Assembly (NCBI GenBank): GCA_963708725.1
Contig: CAVPTL010000006.1
Span: forward strand, 96,226-160,225
Direction: 5' to 3'
Origin: an uncultured Actinomycetes bacterium
Lineage (GTDB): Bacteria; Actinomycetota; Thermoleophilia; Gaiellales; JAICJC01
DNA: 64,000 nt
In this document: positions 51,955-60,066 of the stretch, one piece after another
How positions within the stretch are numbered: position 1 is the stretch's first letter
Layout of the letters: every line of letters starts with the position of its first letter
Made by a program: the position numbers and the translations under genes
Notes under the pieces: model-generated
What the model was told of the DNA's origin: nothing
Seen by the model: the letters and a program-made list of their open reading frames with translations, nothing else
The model's database searches: none

Positions 51955-53012
51955 CACGCCACTGCCGCGATCACGTCTGCGACGGCGGACACGGTGGTCG
52001 GCCAACCCGCGAGCGACTCGCGCCGCTCGCGCGCCGCCCGCCGCAGCCGCCGGCGCAGGTCGCTGTCCTCGAGCCAGGATCGCAACGCGTCGCTGAGCGC
52101 CGCGGCATCGCCGGGCGGCACGAGGAGGCCCGGTCGGACGCTTTCGGCGCCATGACCGAGAGCCTCCGGCACCCCGCCGACCGCGGCGGCCACCACCGGC
52201 AGTCCTCGTGCCAGCGCTTCGGTGACGACCATCCCGTACGTCTCGAAGCGCGACGACAGCACCAGCACATCCGCGGCGCTGTAGCTGCCGGCGAGCTCGG
52301 CTCCCGCCTGTGGACCCGGGAAACGCACCCGGCCGCTCAGCCCCCCAGCGGCGACGGTGTGACGCAGACGTTCGACGAATATCGGGTCGCGTTCCAGGCT
52401 GCCGACACACAGGCACTGCCAGTCAAGGTCATTCAGGGTCGCCAGTGCCTCGAGCAGCACGTCATGCCCCTTGCCGGGTATGACCGCCGCGACCGAGAGC
52501 AGAGAACCGGCGGTTGGGGTGCCCGGCGCGAGCCCGGCGGCGTCGACGCCGGGTTCGGCGACGTGGACGCGTTCGACCGGCAACCGGTAGAGCTGGAGGA
52601 GGACTCGCCGGGCCCACGCGCTGGTGGTGACGACCGACGCGGCGGCGGTGAGCACCGCCCCCTCCCGTTCCCGCGGGCCGTCATCCGCGGTGCCTTCGCC
52701 CAGCGGCATGTGCACCAGCACGACCAGCCGCAGACGGCGAGCCGCCGGGACGAGCACGTCGGGAGAGGGCGAGGCGACCAGACCGTCGACGAGGACGATG
52801 GCGCGATCGGGGATCCGGCAAAGGACATCCGCCAGCGCGGCGTGCGATGGTGCATCGGGCCACGGCCACGACCCGGCGACTTCGTGGATATGCACCGCCC
52901 AGCCCGCGGCGGCGAGGCCGTCGCACACCTGGCGGTCGTAGGCGTTGCCCCCGCTCGGCCGCGCCCGGTCGCCGATCCCTGCCGGGACGACAACGTGCAC
53001 TTCGGCGGTCAC
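51954..53012 (-). CDS. Glycosyltransferase, GT4 (group 1) family
   Basis: 352 aa. ..[11 protein letters not shown].. and ..[39 protein letters not shown].. form the E-x7-E region of retaining GT-B enzymes. Confidence 0.85.
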   Translation of the reverse strand: MTAEVHVVVPAGIGDRARPSGGNAYDRQVCDGLAAAGWAVHIHEVAGSWPWPDAPSHAALADVLCRIPDRAIVLVDGLVASPSPDVLVPAARRLRLVVLVHMPLGEGTADDGPREREGAVLTAAASVVTTSAWARRVLLQLYRLPVERVHVAEPGVDAAGLAPGTPTAGSLLSVAAVIPGKGHDVLLEALATLNDLDWQCLCVGSLERDPIFVERLRHTVAAGGLSGRVRFPGPQAGAELAGSYSAADVLVLSSRFETYGMVVTEALARGLPVVAAAVGGVPEALGHGAESVRPGLLVPPGDAAALSDALRSWLEDSDLRRRLRRAARERRESLAGWPTTVSAVADVIAAVA

Positions 53013-53407
53013 AACCCGCGCTCGTAGCTCGCCGAGGCGATGTGCGACTCGTGCAGCGTGACGACCAGCCCGTCGAGCTCGCGCGCGGCATCCCCGAGGG
53101 CACCGGCATGCGCGCGCTCCGCCAGCCGATCCGCGATCAGCCGGGCGAGTGCCTCCGTTGTGGTGTTGATGCCGGCGAGCGCCGGTTCGTCATCGAGATT
53201 GCGGTAGCTGAACGCCGAGAGCACCGCATGCAGCTCCTCGGTCGCTCGGCCGATGTCGACGACGATGCCATCGGCGTCGAGCTCCGCGCGCCTGAACGTG
53301 GCGTCGACGACATAGGTCGCACCGTGGAGCCGCTGTGCGGGCCCGAACGCCTCGCCTCGCAGGCTGTGGGCGATCATCATGTGGTCACGGACGGTCACGC
53401 TGAACAC
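53009..53407 (-). CDS. 6-pyruvoyl-tetrahydropterin synthase (PTPS/QueD)-fold protein, non-canonical active site
   Basis: 132 aa. ..DHMMIAHSL.. aligns to the QueD F.AAHRL motif. ..[12 protein letters not shown].. aligns to KCGRLHGHSF, so the catalytic Cys and the second His of HGH are both Ala. It overlaps the GT start by 4 nt. Confidence 0.8.
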   Translation of the reverse strand: MFSVTVRDHMMIAHSLRGEAFGPAQRLHGATYVVDATFRRAELDADGIVVDIGRATEELHAVLSAFSYRNLDDEPALAGINTTTEALARLIADRLAERAHAGALGDAARELDGLVVTLHESHIASASYERGL

Positions 53408-53411
53408 GGCT

Positions 53412-54392
53412 CTAGCCCCCGCCGTAGGTGATCGTGTGACACACGGCCGGGAGGCTCCCCGAAGCCAGCTGGGCCATCACCTCGGGAAGCTCGTCGAACT
53501 GCGACTCGCCGGTGAGGAGCGCATCGAAGGCGGGGTCGCGCAGCAGCTCGAGGGCGATCGCCATGCGGTCGGCGGCCGTGCGGCGCAGGGCCCGTGCGGG
53601 GGAGACGACGCCGACCTGGCTCGAGCGGATGCCGAGGCGGCCGGAGTGGAACGCTCCTCCCAGCGACAGCCGCACCTCGGTGTCGCCGTACCAGCTGAGG
53701 TCGAGCACGGTGCCCTCGGCAGCGAGCAGGTCGAGCGCGCGCTGAAGGCCCGCTGATGTTGCACTCGTGTGTACGGCGAGATCGCAGCCGCCGTCGGCCT
53801 CCTCCGGGAGGGCGAAATCGACCCCGAGCGCAGCCGCGATCTCTGCCCGCTGCGGATCGACATCCACGAGGGTGACGCGCATCGCCGGAAACCGTTGGAG
53901 CAGCCGCGCCACGCAGCAGCCGAGCATCCCCGCGCCGACGACGACAACCCGGTCGCCGACCAGCGGGGCAGCGTCCCACAGGGCGTTGACCGCCGTTTCG
54001 ACGGTGCCGGCGAGGACAGCGCGAGCGGGTGGGATGTCCTCCGGCACGATCGATACGGCACCGTCCGGAACGACATACACGGTCTGGTGCGGGTAGAGGC
54101 AGAACACGGTACGGCCGCGCAGGTCGGGCGGCCCTTCCTCGACAACGCCGACGTTCAGATAGCCGTACTTGACCGGGCCCGGGAAAGCCCCATCCTGGAA
54201 CGGCGCCCGCATCCTCACACGCTGGTCCGGCGGCACGCCGCCGCGGAACACGAGCGTCTCGGTGCCGCGGCTGATCCCCGATCGTACGGTGCGAACCAGA
54301 ACGTCGGCCGGCCCGGGTTCGGGCAGTTCGACCGGACGGATCTCGCCACAACCGGGCGCTCGCAACCAGAACGCGTGTGCCTCCCTACTCAT
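53412..54392 (-). CDS. Zinc-type/MDR-family alcohol dehydrogenase-like oxidoreductase
   Basis: 326 aa from [10 protein letters not shown]. ..[15 protein letters not shown].. and ..[17 protein letters not shown].. (Rossmann) are MDR motifs. The ATG at 54392 overlaps the upstream methyltransferase stop by 8 nt. Confidence 0.8.
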   Translation of the reverse strand: MSREAHAFWLRAPGCGEIRPVELPEPGPADVLVRTVRSGISRGTETLVFRGGVPPDQRVRMRAPFQDGAFPGPVKYGYLNVGVVEEGPPDLRGRTVFCLYPHQTVYVVPDGAVSIVPEDIPPARAVLAGTVETAVNALWDAAPLVGDRVVVVGAGMLGCCVARLLQRFPAMRVTLVDVDPQRAEIAAALGVDFALPEEADGGCDLAVHTSATSAGLQRALDLLAAEGTVLDLSWYGDTEVRLSLGGAFHSGRLGIRSSQVGVVSPARALRRTAADRMAIALELLRDPAFDALLTGESQFDELPEVMAQLASGSLPAVCHTITYGGG

Positions 54393-55095
54393 GGCCGCTC
54401 GCCTGCTGTGGTTCGTCGCCGGTGCAAGCGGCGCGGGACCCGGCCGCCAGGAACGTCGTCCCAAAGACCAGCTCCGTCCAGGAGCAATCCGCCAGCGTCT
54501 CCTGCATGGCTGTACGAATCACCTCCCACGGACGGCGCATGATCCACTCGTCGATGGAACCGAATGGCCGCACAACCGCGGTTCCGAGCTGCGCCAGCCA
54601 CCAGGGAGCGTTGTCGGGAGCCTTCAGATCCAGCACGACCCAGCGCCCACCGGCGGAGAGCGCGGCGGCGCCGCGGGTGATGACGTCTCCGCATTCAGGC
54701 ACCTGTGTGAGGGCGTAGGTGGAGAGGATCGCGTCGACCTCGGGTGGGAAGTCGAACTCGGCCGCGTCGGCGTGTACGAGGGTGATGTTGCGCCAGCCAT
54801 GGGCATCCATCCGCTGCCGGGCTTGAGCGAGCATCGCGTCGGTCAGATCGACGCCGACGATTCGGCCCCCGGGACCGATCAATCGCTCGATCAGCGAGAA
54901 GTTCAGCCCGGTGCCGCAGGCGATGTCGACCACGTTGTCACCCGGGCGAAGCCCGAGTGCTTGGAGGGCCCGGAGGCGGTGTGACCGCTGCGGGTATCCG
55001 GGAGCGGGGTAGAACCGGGAGGTGAGGTCGTAGTGCTTTGCCTTCTTGCGGTATGTCCCGATCAGGCGCTCTCGCCTATGGTCGGTCGTGCTCAC
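54385..55095 (-). CDS. Class I SAM-dependent methyltransferase (first gene of six-gene operon)
   Basis: 236 aa. ..VVDIACGTGLNFSLIERLIGPGGRIVGVDLTDAMLAQAR.. is SAM motif I plus the post-I acidic residue. Confidence 0.8.
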   Translation of the reverse strand: MSTTDHRRERLIGTYRKKAKHYDLTSRFYPAPGYPQRSHRLRALQALGLRPGDNVVDIACGTGLNFSLIERLIGPGGRIVGVDLTDAMLAQARQRMDAHGWRNITLVHADAAEFDFPPEVDAILSTYALTQVPECGDVITRGAAALSAGGRWVVLDLKAPDNAPWWLAQLGTAVVRPFGSIDEWIMRRPWEVIRTAMQETLADCSWTELVFGTTFLAAGSRAACTGDEPQQASGHE

Positions 55096-55212
55096 GGTGT
55101 CTCCTCGAAATTGGGCGAGCCGCTCACCCGGTCTGTACCCGATACCTGCGGGCTCACTGTCTCGTACGGCCGGTGGGCCTGAACGGATCGGCCAGAGGCC
55201 CCTACCCGTCGC

Positions 55213-55680
55213 CTACGAATTGGATCCGGCCGGCGTCGCGGACTCGACCGCGGCCTTGATCGCCACCATCTCACGATCCATGACACGCTTGATCCTGCCG
55301 TTGAGAACGCTTCCCGGGATCGCGCGCATGATGCTCTCGAGGTCGACCTCAACCCACATCATCGCCTCGGTCTCCCGCTCGTCTATCGGCTCGAACTTCA
55401 TTCCCCAGCGCGCCGCGGAGGTGCCCATCGGCCCGGCGAACGCCAGGCGGCGCTGCGCGTCGACCACGGTCACGTTCTGGCTGCGGTGGCGACTGGATCC
55501 GAGTATTCCCTTCGCCCGCTGCTCGATTCGCGACCCGGGCCGAAGCGCGGCCCCGTCGCTGACCCAACACTCACGCACCGTTGGCGCCCACTCTGGCCAG
55601 CGTCCGACGTCGCAGATGTACGTCCACACTTCCGGGAGGCTGCTACGGATTGTCAGGCGGCTCTCTGATCTAATCGCCAT
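55213..55680 (-). CDS. SRPBCC-family (polyketide cyclase/dehydrase-like) protein
   Basis: 155 aa. ..IRSSLPEVWTYICDVGRWPEWAPTV.. is typical of the SRPBCC ligand-binding fold. Confidence 0.75.
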   Translation of the reverse strand: MAIRSESRLTIRSSLPEVWTYICDVGRWPEWAPTVRECWVSDGAALRPGSRIEQRAKGILGSSRHRSQNVTVVDAQRRLAFAGPMGTSAARWGMKFEPIDERETEAMMWVEVDLESIMRAIPGSVLNGRIKRVMDREMVAIKAAVESATPAGSNS

Positions 55681-55779
55681 TCGCGGGCGACGCTACATGC
55701 TGACCGAGACGCCCGCAAGCGCAGTCCTGCGGCGAGCCGGGCGCCCGCCCCATCAGCGTACGTCAGCGGTCAGCGCAGG

Positions 55780-56445
55780 TCAGCAACAGCCGCAGGTGTC
55801 TTCGCCCCGCCAGGCTTCGCGGCCCTCGCGCACGGCCACGGCGGCGATAACCAGCCCGGCGACTGGGTCGGCCCACCACCAGCCGTACAGAGCGTTTGCG
55901 CCCAGGCCGATGAGAAGCGCGACGGACAGGTAGGCGCAGATCATGTTCTGCTGTCCCTCGCTCTGCGTCGCTTGGGAACCGAGTTGGCGGCCGACCTTGC
56001 GTTTTGCGCGGGCGAGCATCGGCATCGTCGGGGCGGTCACCAGCGCCAGCCCGATCCCGACCCAGCTTGCTTTTGGGTGTGTGCCGGTAAAGGCCCCAAG
56101 CGACTCGACCACGACATATCCGGCGAGCAGGAAGAATGACCCAGCGATCAGCTGCTGCGCCCGGCGTTCAGCGACCGGCGATTGGCCGCGACCCCCGCTG
56201 AAGAGCCAGACGATCACGCCTCCGGCCAGCACTTCGATCAGGCTGTCGATTCCAAATGCGACCAGCGCCACCGAACCCGCGACCACGCCCGCTCCGACGG
56301 CGATGGCGAACTCGATCACGTGCCACGCGTTCCCACCCCAGGCGAGCATCTTCGCACGGCGTTCCAGCCGGGCGCGCTCAACCTCAGAGAGCGCGGGGAG
56401 TCGCCGGATCGTGTGAAGCTTCAGTGGCGTCGCGTCGGTACTCAT
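55780..56445 (-). CDS. Cation-diffusion-facilitator-like membrane protein (TM domain only) with C-terminal CGCC
   Basis: 221 aa. ..GSVALVAFGIDSLIEVLAG.. is the CDF TM2 metal-site motif. The protein ends ..EDTCGCC. Its start overlaps the ArsR stop (56442-45). Confidence 0.7.
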   Translation of the reverse strand: MSTDATPLKLHTIRRLPALSEVERARLERRAKMLAWGGNAWHVIEFAIAVGAGVVAGSVALVAFGIDSLIEVLAGGVIVWLFSGGRGQSPVAERRAQQLIAGSFFLLAGYVVVESLGAFTGTHPKASWVGIGLALVTAPTMPMLARAKRKVGRQLGSQATQSEGQQNMICAYLSVALLIGLGANALYGWWWADPVAGLVIAAVAVREGREAWRGEDTCGCC

Positions 56446-56801
56446 GCGATCACCGTGGTCGCGGTGGGCGCCAGTGCGTGAAGCAGATCGACGCCTTCAT
56501 CGAGGAGCCGGTACATGACCATCTTTCCGTCGCGGCGTGACGCGACCAGCCCCGCGGTTCGCAGTTGCCTCAGGTGGTGGGAGACGAGCGCGTCGGAGCG
56601 CTCCACGATCCAGGCGAGGTCGCACACGCAGAGCTCGTTTCCGTCCCGAAGTGCGTATGCGATCTGAAGCCGGGTCGGATCACTCAATGCTCGGGCTTGG
56701 GCTGCCAGCCCCTCGGAGATCGCGATGCTGAGACGGTTCGTTCGCAGCTCCTCAGCCCTCGCGAGATCAAGGCAAAGCAGGTCACATCGATCGTTTGCCA
56801 T
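56442..56801 (-). CDS. ArsR/SmtB-family metalloregulator with alpha3 Cys site
   Basis: ..LSDPTRLQIAYALRDGNELCVCDLAWIV..SHHLRQLRTAGLV.. is an ArsR signature. The ELCVCDL thiolate site resembles that of CadC/ArsR-type metal sensors. Confidence 0.85.
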   Translation of the reverse strand: MANDRCDLLCLDLARAEELRTNRLSIAISEGLAAQARALSDPTRLQIAYALRDGNELCVCDLAWIVERSDALVSHHLRQLRTAGLVASRRDGKMVMYRLLDEGVDLLHALAPTATTVIA

Positions 56802-56858
56802 ACAGTCACTCTAACACGCATTTGAATGTGCGAATGATCGGCGGGCTAGCATCGGGGG

Positions 56859-57293
56859 ATGTTGACCAATCGTTCGGCACCTCCCGCGACTGTGACGCCG
56901 GTGCTCGTCTACCCCGACGTGCGCGCCGCGGTGGCGTGGCTCGAGGCGGCCTTCGGGTTCGAGGAGCGAGTGCGCATCGGCGACGCGCACCGCGCACAGC
57001 TACGGATCAATCCCGACGCGGCGCTGGTCGTCGCCGACGTACACGGCGCCCAGGTCGCGCCGACCGCGGGCGTCGTGACTCACATTCTCAAACTGCGCGT
57101 CGCCGATGTTGATGCCGCGGTCGCCCGCGCAACCGGTCATGGGGCGCGGATCGTGAGCGAGCTCGAGACGCACGTGTACGGCGAGCGCTCGTGCATGGTC
57201 GAGGATGTCGGCGGTCACCGGTGGGAGTTGAGTCAGACCGTGCGCGACGTCGAACCCGAGGAGTGGGGCGGTGTCAGCACCGGCCAGTGGTGA
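56859..57293 (+). CDS. VOC-family (glyoxalase/bleomycin-resistance) protein
   Basis: 144 aa. ..VTPVLVYPDVRAAVAWLEAAFGF.. and ..CMVEDVGGHRWELSQ.. are VOC motifs. The TGA stop lies inside a REP copy. Confidence 0.8.
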   Translation: MLTNRSAPPATVTPVLVYPDVRAAVAWLEAAFGFEERVRIGDAHRAQLRINPDAALVVADVHGAQVAPTAGVVTHILKLRVADVDAAVARATGHGARIVSELETHVYGERSCMVEDVGGHRWELSQTVRDVEPEEWGGVSTGQW

Positions 57294-57320
57294 ATAACGG
57301 TGCCAGGCACCGGTATTCAC
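57290..57320. repeat. REP-like palindromic element, 31-nt subfamily (centre A), one arm mismatch
   Basis: GTGAATAACGGTGCCAGGCACCGGTATTCAC (GGT instead of GTT in the right arm). It fills the gap between the convergent gene ends at 57293 and 57322. Confidence 0.9.
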
Positions 57321-57321
57321 G

Positions 57322-57825
57322 TCAGTGCGGTGGGGGCGGGATGGAGCCGACCCCGGGCGCTTCGTCGGGCCACACCAGCAACACCGCGCATGGTGCGTGA
57401 TCCACGACAAACCGGGTTACGTGACCGAGGCTGTGCGGTCCCAGGCGTGACCGGTCGCCGTCGCGCGCGGCCACCAGCAGATCGACATCGCCGGCCAGCG
57501 CCGCGACGATCTCCCGCTCGATCCGACCGCCGCGAATCGTGATCTGCTCGACGTTCGCGCGGCCCAGCCGATCCGCCGCGGCGGCCAACAGCTCCGTACC
57601 CTCGGCGTCGGCCACGTCCTGCATATGGGGCGGCGGCCTGTGGCCCAACCGCGCGCGGCCCAGCAGGTTGGCCGAAGCGGCCTCGGCGGTCGCCGCCGCG
57701 TCGCTCGGCGTGTAGTGCAACACCGCGACGCTGGCATCGGGCGGGATGGCGGCTGCCGCCGCGTCAATGCACCCCTGCCATGTTCCTTCGACGATCCAGA
57801 TGACGACGCGCACGCCTCCCATCAT
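57322..57825 (-). CDS. Universal stress protein family protein
   Basis: ..VVIWIVEGTWQGCIDAA.. and ..LLVAARDGDRSRLGPHSLGHVTRFVVDHAPCAVLLV.. are USP motifs. The start ATGATG at 57825/57822 overlaps the permease stop. Confidence 0.75.
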   Translation of the reverse strand: MMGGVRVVIWIVEGTWQGCIDAAAAAIPPDASVAVLHYTPSDAAATAEAASANLLGRARLGHRPPPHMQDVADAEGTELLAAAADRLGRANVEQITIRGGRIEREIVAALAGDVDLLVAARDGDRSRLGPHSLGHVTRFVVDHAPCAVLLVWPDEAPGVGSIPPPPH

Positions 57826-59072
57826 GTCACCACTTTCAGCGAAATCCACAGCGCGACGGTGGCTGTGATCAGCACCGGGGGGACGGTGATCGCGCCAAGC
57901 CGGAGAAACTCGGTGGTCGACGGGTCAAGGCCGCGCCGCTGCAGCACCCGCCGCCAAAGCAGCGTCGCCAGCGAGCCAACGTAGGTCAGATTGGGGCCGG
58001 CGTTCACGCCGATCAGCACCGCGAGCACCGGACCCGGCCCGGCTGCCGCGACCGCTGGGAGCATCAGCAGCACCGCCGGCAGGTTGTTCACGAGGTTGGC
58101 CAGGACGGCAGCCACGAACGCGATCGCCAGAAGCGCCGCAAGCGAACTCCCGCCGGGCACGAGGTGGACAATCACCGATCCCAGCCCGTGGATCGAGACG
58201 GCCTCCACGACCAGCCCCAGGGCGAGCACGAAGGCGAGGAACGGCAGGTCGACGGCTGCTGCAATCTGTCGCGTCGAGACCTTGCCCTGGGCGAGCGCGG
58301 GGACGGCCAGCACCACCGCACCCGTCAGCGCCGCAAAGGCGGGGCTGATCCCGGCGATCGACGTGACGAAGAATCCCACCAGGGTCAATCCCACCACAGC
58401 CAGCGCGAACATCGGCACGGGCGCCCGTGGACCGGTGACCCGTTCACCGCGACCCACCAGATCCGAGCCGAAGAACCGTCGCATCACCACCCACTCGACT
58501 GCGATTGCAGCGAGCCACGGCAGCGCCATCAGCGCCCCGAACCGGGCGAACGAGAGCCCACTTGCCTTGAACGCGAGCAGGTTGGTCAGGTTCGAGACGG
58601 GGAGCAAGAGCGAGGCAGAGTTCGCGAGGTGGGTGCATGCGTACACGTGTGGTTTGGCCCGTAACCGCAGTCGCGTGACGGTCGTGAACACCACCGGGGT
58701 GAGCAGCACGACGGTGGCGTCGAGGCTGAGCACCGCCGTCACGGTGCTCGCCACCACGAACACCAGAGCAAACAGCTTGATCGGCTCGCCGCGCGATCCC
58801 GCCGCCATCCACTGTCCCGCCGCGTCGAACAGCCCGTAGCGGTCGCAGAGATCAGCGAGCACGAGCACCGCGGCCAGGAATGCGATGGTCGGAAGCAGGC
58901 TGCGGGTCTCGGATTTCGCCTGATCGAACGGCAATACACCGATTGCGATCGCAAACACCGCGGCAGGTACTGCGACCAGCGCCTCGGGCAGGCCACGGGG
59001 TCGAACGACCGCGAACCCGAGCGTCGCCATCAGCAGCGCGAGCCCAACGACCTCCGAACCGAGGCTTGGCAT
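57822..59072 (-). CDS. ArsB/NhaD-superfamily (SLC13-like) anion permease
   Basis: Polytopic. ..ANSASLLLPVSNLTNLLAF.. and ..GVNAGPNLTYVGSLATLLW.. are the duplicated hairpin motifs of this family. Start set at ATG 59072. The ORF-track N-terminus (MPGTVIH..) is encoded by the REP copy. Confidence 0.75.
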   Translation of the reverse strand: MPSLGSEVVGLALLMATLGFAVVRPRGLPEALVAVPAAVFAIAIGVLPFDQAKSETRSLLPTIAFLAAVLVLADLCDRYGLFDAAGQWMAAGSRGEPIKLFALVFVVASTVTAVLSLDATVVLLTPVVFTTVTRLRLRAKPHVYACTHLANSASLLLPVSNLTNLLAFKASGLSFARFGALMALPWLAAIAVEWVVMRRFFGSDLVGRGERVTGPRAPVPMFALAVVGLTLVGFFVTSIAGISPAFAALTGAVVLAVPALAQGKVSTRQIAAAVDLPFLAFVLALGLVVEAVSIHGLGSVIVHLVPGGSSLAALLAIAFVAAVLANLVNNLPAVLLMLPAVAAAGPGPVLAVLIGVNAGPNLTYVGSLATLLWRRVLQRRGLDPSTTEFLRLGAITVPPVLITATVALWISLKVVT

Positions 59073-59099
59073 CACCACGACTTTACCCGCTCGGCGCCC

Positions 59100-59130
59100 G
59101 TGAATAACGGTGCCTGGCACCGTTATTCAC
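59100..59130. repeat. REP-like palindromic element, 31-nt subfamily (centre T)
   Basis: GTGAATAACGGTGCCTGGCACCGTTATTCAC is a perfect palindrome. It lies in the divergent intergenic region between the starts at 59072 and 59158. Confidence 0.9.
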
Positions 59131-59157
59131 CCCTCTCCTTTGGGTAGGATCGTGGGC

Positions 59158-59796
59158 ATGGCCTTCCAGGTCACACAACTCGACGAGATCGAGCAACACT
59201 CCGACGGCCGCTGCCCGTGGCGGTCGGTTGGACTCCATTTCGGGATCCAGTCTTTCGGCGTCAACGAGTGGACGGCGAAGACGGCCGGTGACCGCATCAT
59301 CAACGAACACGACGAGGCGGGCGAGCACGAGGAGCTGTACGTCGTGCTCCGCGGCCACGCCACCTTCGAACTCGACGGCGAGCGCGTCGACGCGCCCACC
59401 GGGACGCTGGTGTTCGCGGAGCCGGGGGTGAAGCGGACGGCGTTCGCCGAGCAGGACGACACCTCGATCATGGTGTTCGGAGGCCAGCCCGGTGCGGCGT
59501 ATGAGCCCGACGGCTGGCAGCTGTGGGAGCCCTACCGCCAGCTGTATGAAGATGGCAAGTACGCCGAGGCCGCCGACCGTGGCGCTGAGTCGATCGAAGC
59601 CTCGGGCTATCCCGCGCCGCTCTACAACCTCGCCTGCTGTGAGAGCCTCGCCGGTCGCCCCGACGACGCCATCAAGCACCTTGGCAGGGTGTTCGAGATG
59701 TCACCGGAGCGATTCCGGCAGTTCGCAGCGGGCGACTCCGACTTCGACGCGCTTCGCGACGATCCGCGGTTCCAGGAGCTCGTAACGGTCTCGTAA
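59158..59796 (+). CDS. Cupin-domain protein with C-terminal TPR-like helical region
   Basis: Starts at MAFQVTQLDEI. ..NEHDEAGEHEELYVVLRGHATFELDGE..GTLVF.. is a cupin motif. The C-terminus ..YNLACCESLAGRPDDAIKHL..DFDALRDDPRFQELV is TPR-like. Confidence 0.7.
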   Translation: MAFQVTQLDEIEQHSDGRCPWRSVGLHFGIQSFGVNEWTAKTAGDRIINEHDEAGEHEELYVVLRGHATFELDGERVDAPTGTLVFAEPGVKRTAFAEQDDTSIMVFGGQPGAAYEPDGWQLWEPYRQLYEDGKYAEAADRGAESIEASGYPAPLYNLACCESLAGRPDDAIKHLGRVFEMSPERFRQFAAGDSDFDALRDDPRFQELVTVS

Positions 59797-59895
59797 CCCG
59801 GAGAGTCGTGGTCTCGCGACAATCTGGCTGCGGACTCCGGATGAGAGTCGCTAGTCTGAGGCCTCGTAACGGGTCTCGGCAAAGGAGTTGTCACA

Positions 59896-60066
59896 ATGGG
59901 GCAGGCGATCGTCGACGCGGGCGTGCGCTACAAGCAGTTTCACACCACAGCGCTCTGCTCGCCGACGCGCTCGTGTCTTTTGACCGGCCGTAACCACACC
60001 CGAAACAGCATGGCATGCATCACCGAGGCACCGGGGGCGACCTCAAGCTGGTGGCGGTCAATGTGA
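59896..60066 (+). pseudogene. Arylsulfatase remnant (active-site segment only, 56 codons)
   Basis: [39 protein letters not shown].. contains the type-I sulfatase signature C-x-P-x-R..LTGR. An in-frame stop lies 39 nt upstream (59857) and the ORF ends at 60066. AAAGGAG lies 8 nt upstream of the ATG. Confidence 0.6.

Noticed and set aside
56802-56858. Operator palindrome in the arsR(CVC)/VOC divergent region (ACACGCATTTGAATGTGCGAAT)
   Set aside because: Only short, imperfect symmetry (CGCA..TGCG) survives base-by-base comparison with its reverse complement. That is not enough to call a site.
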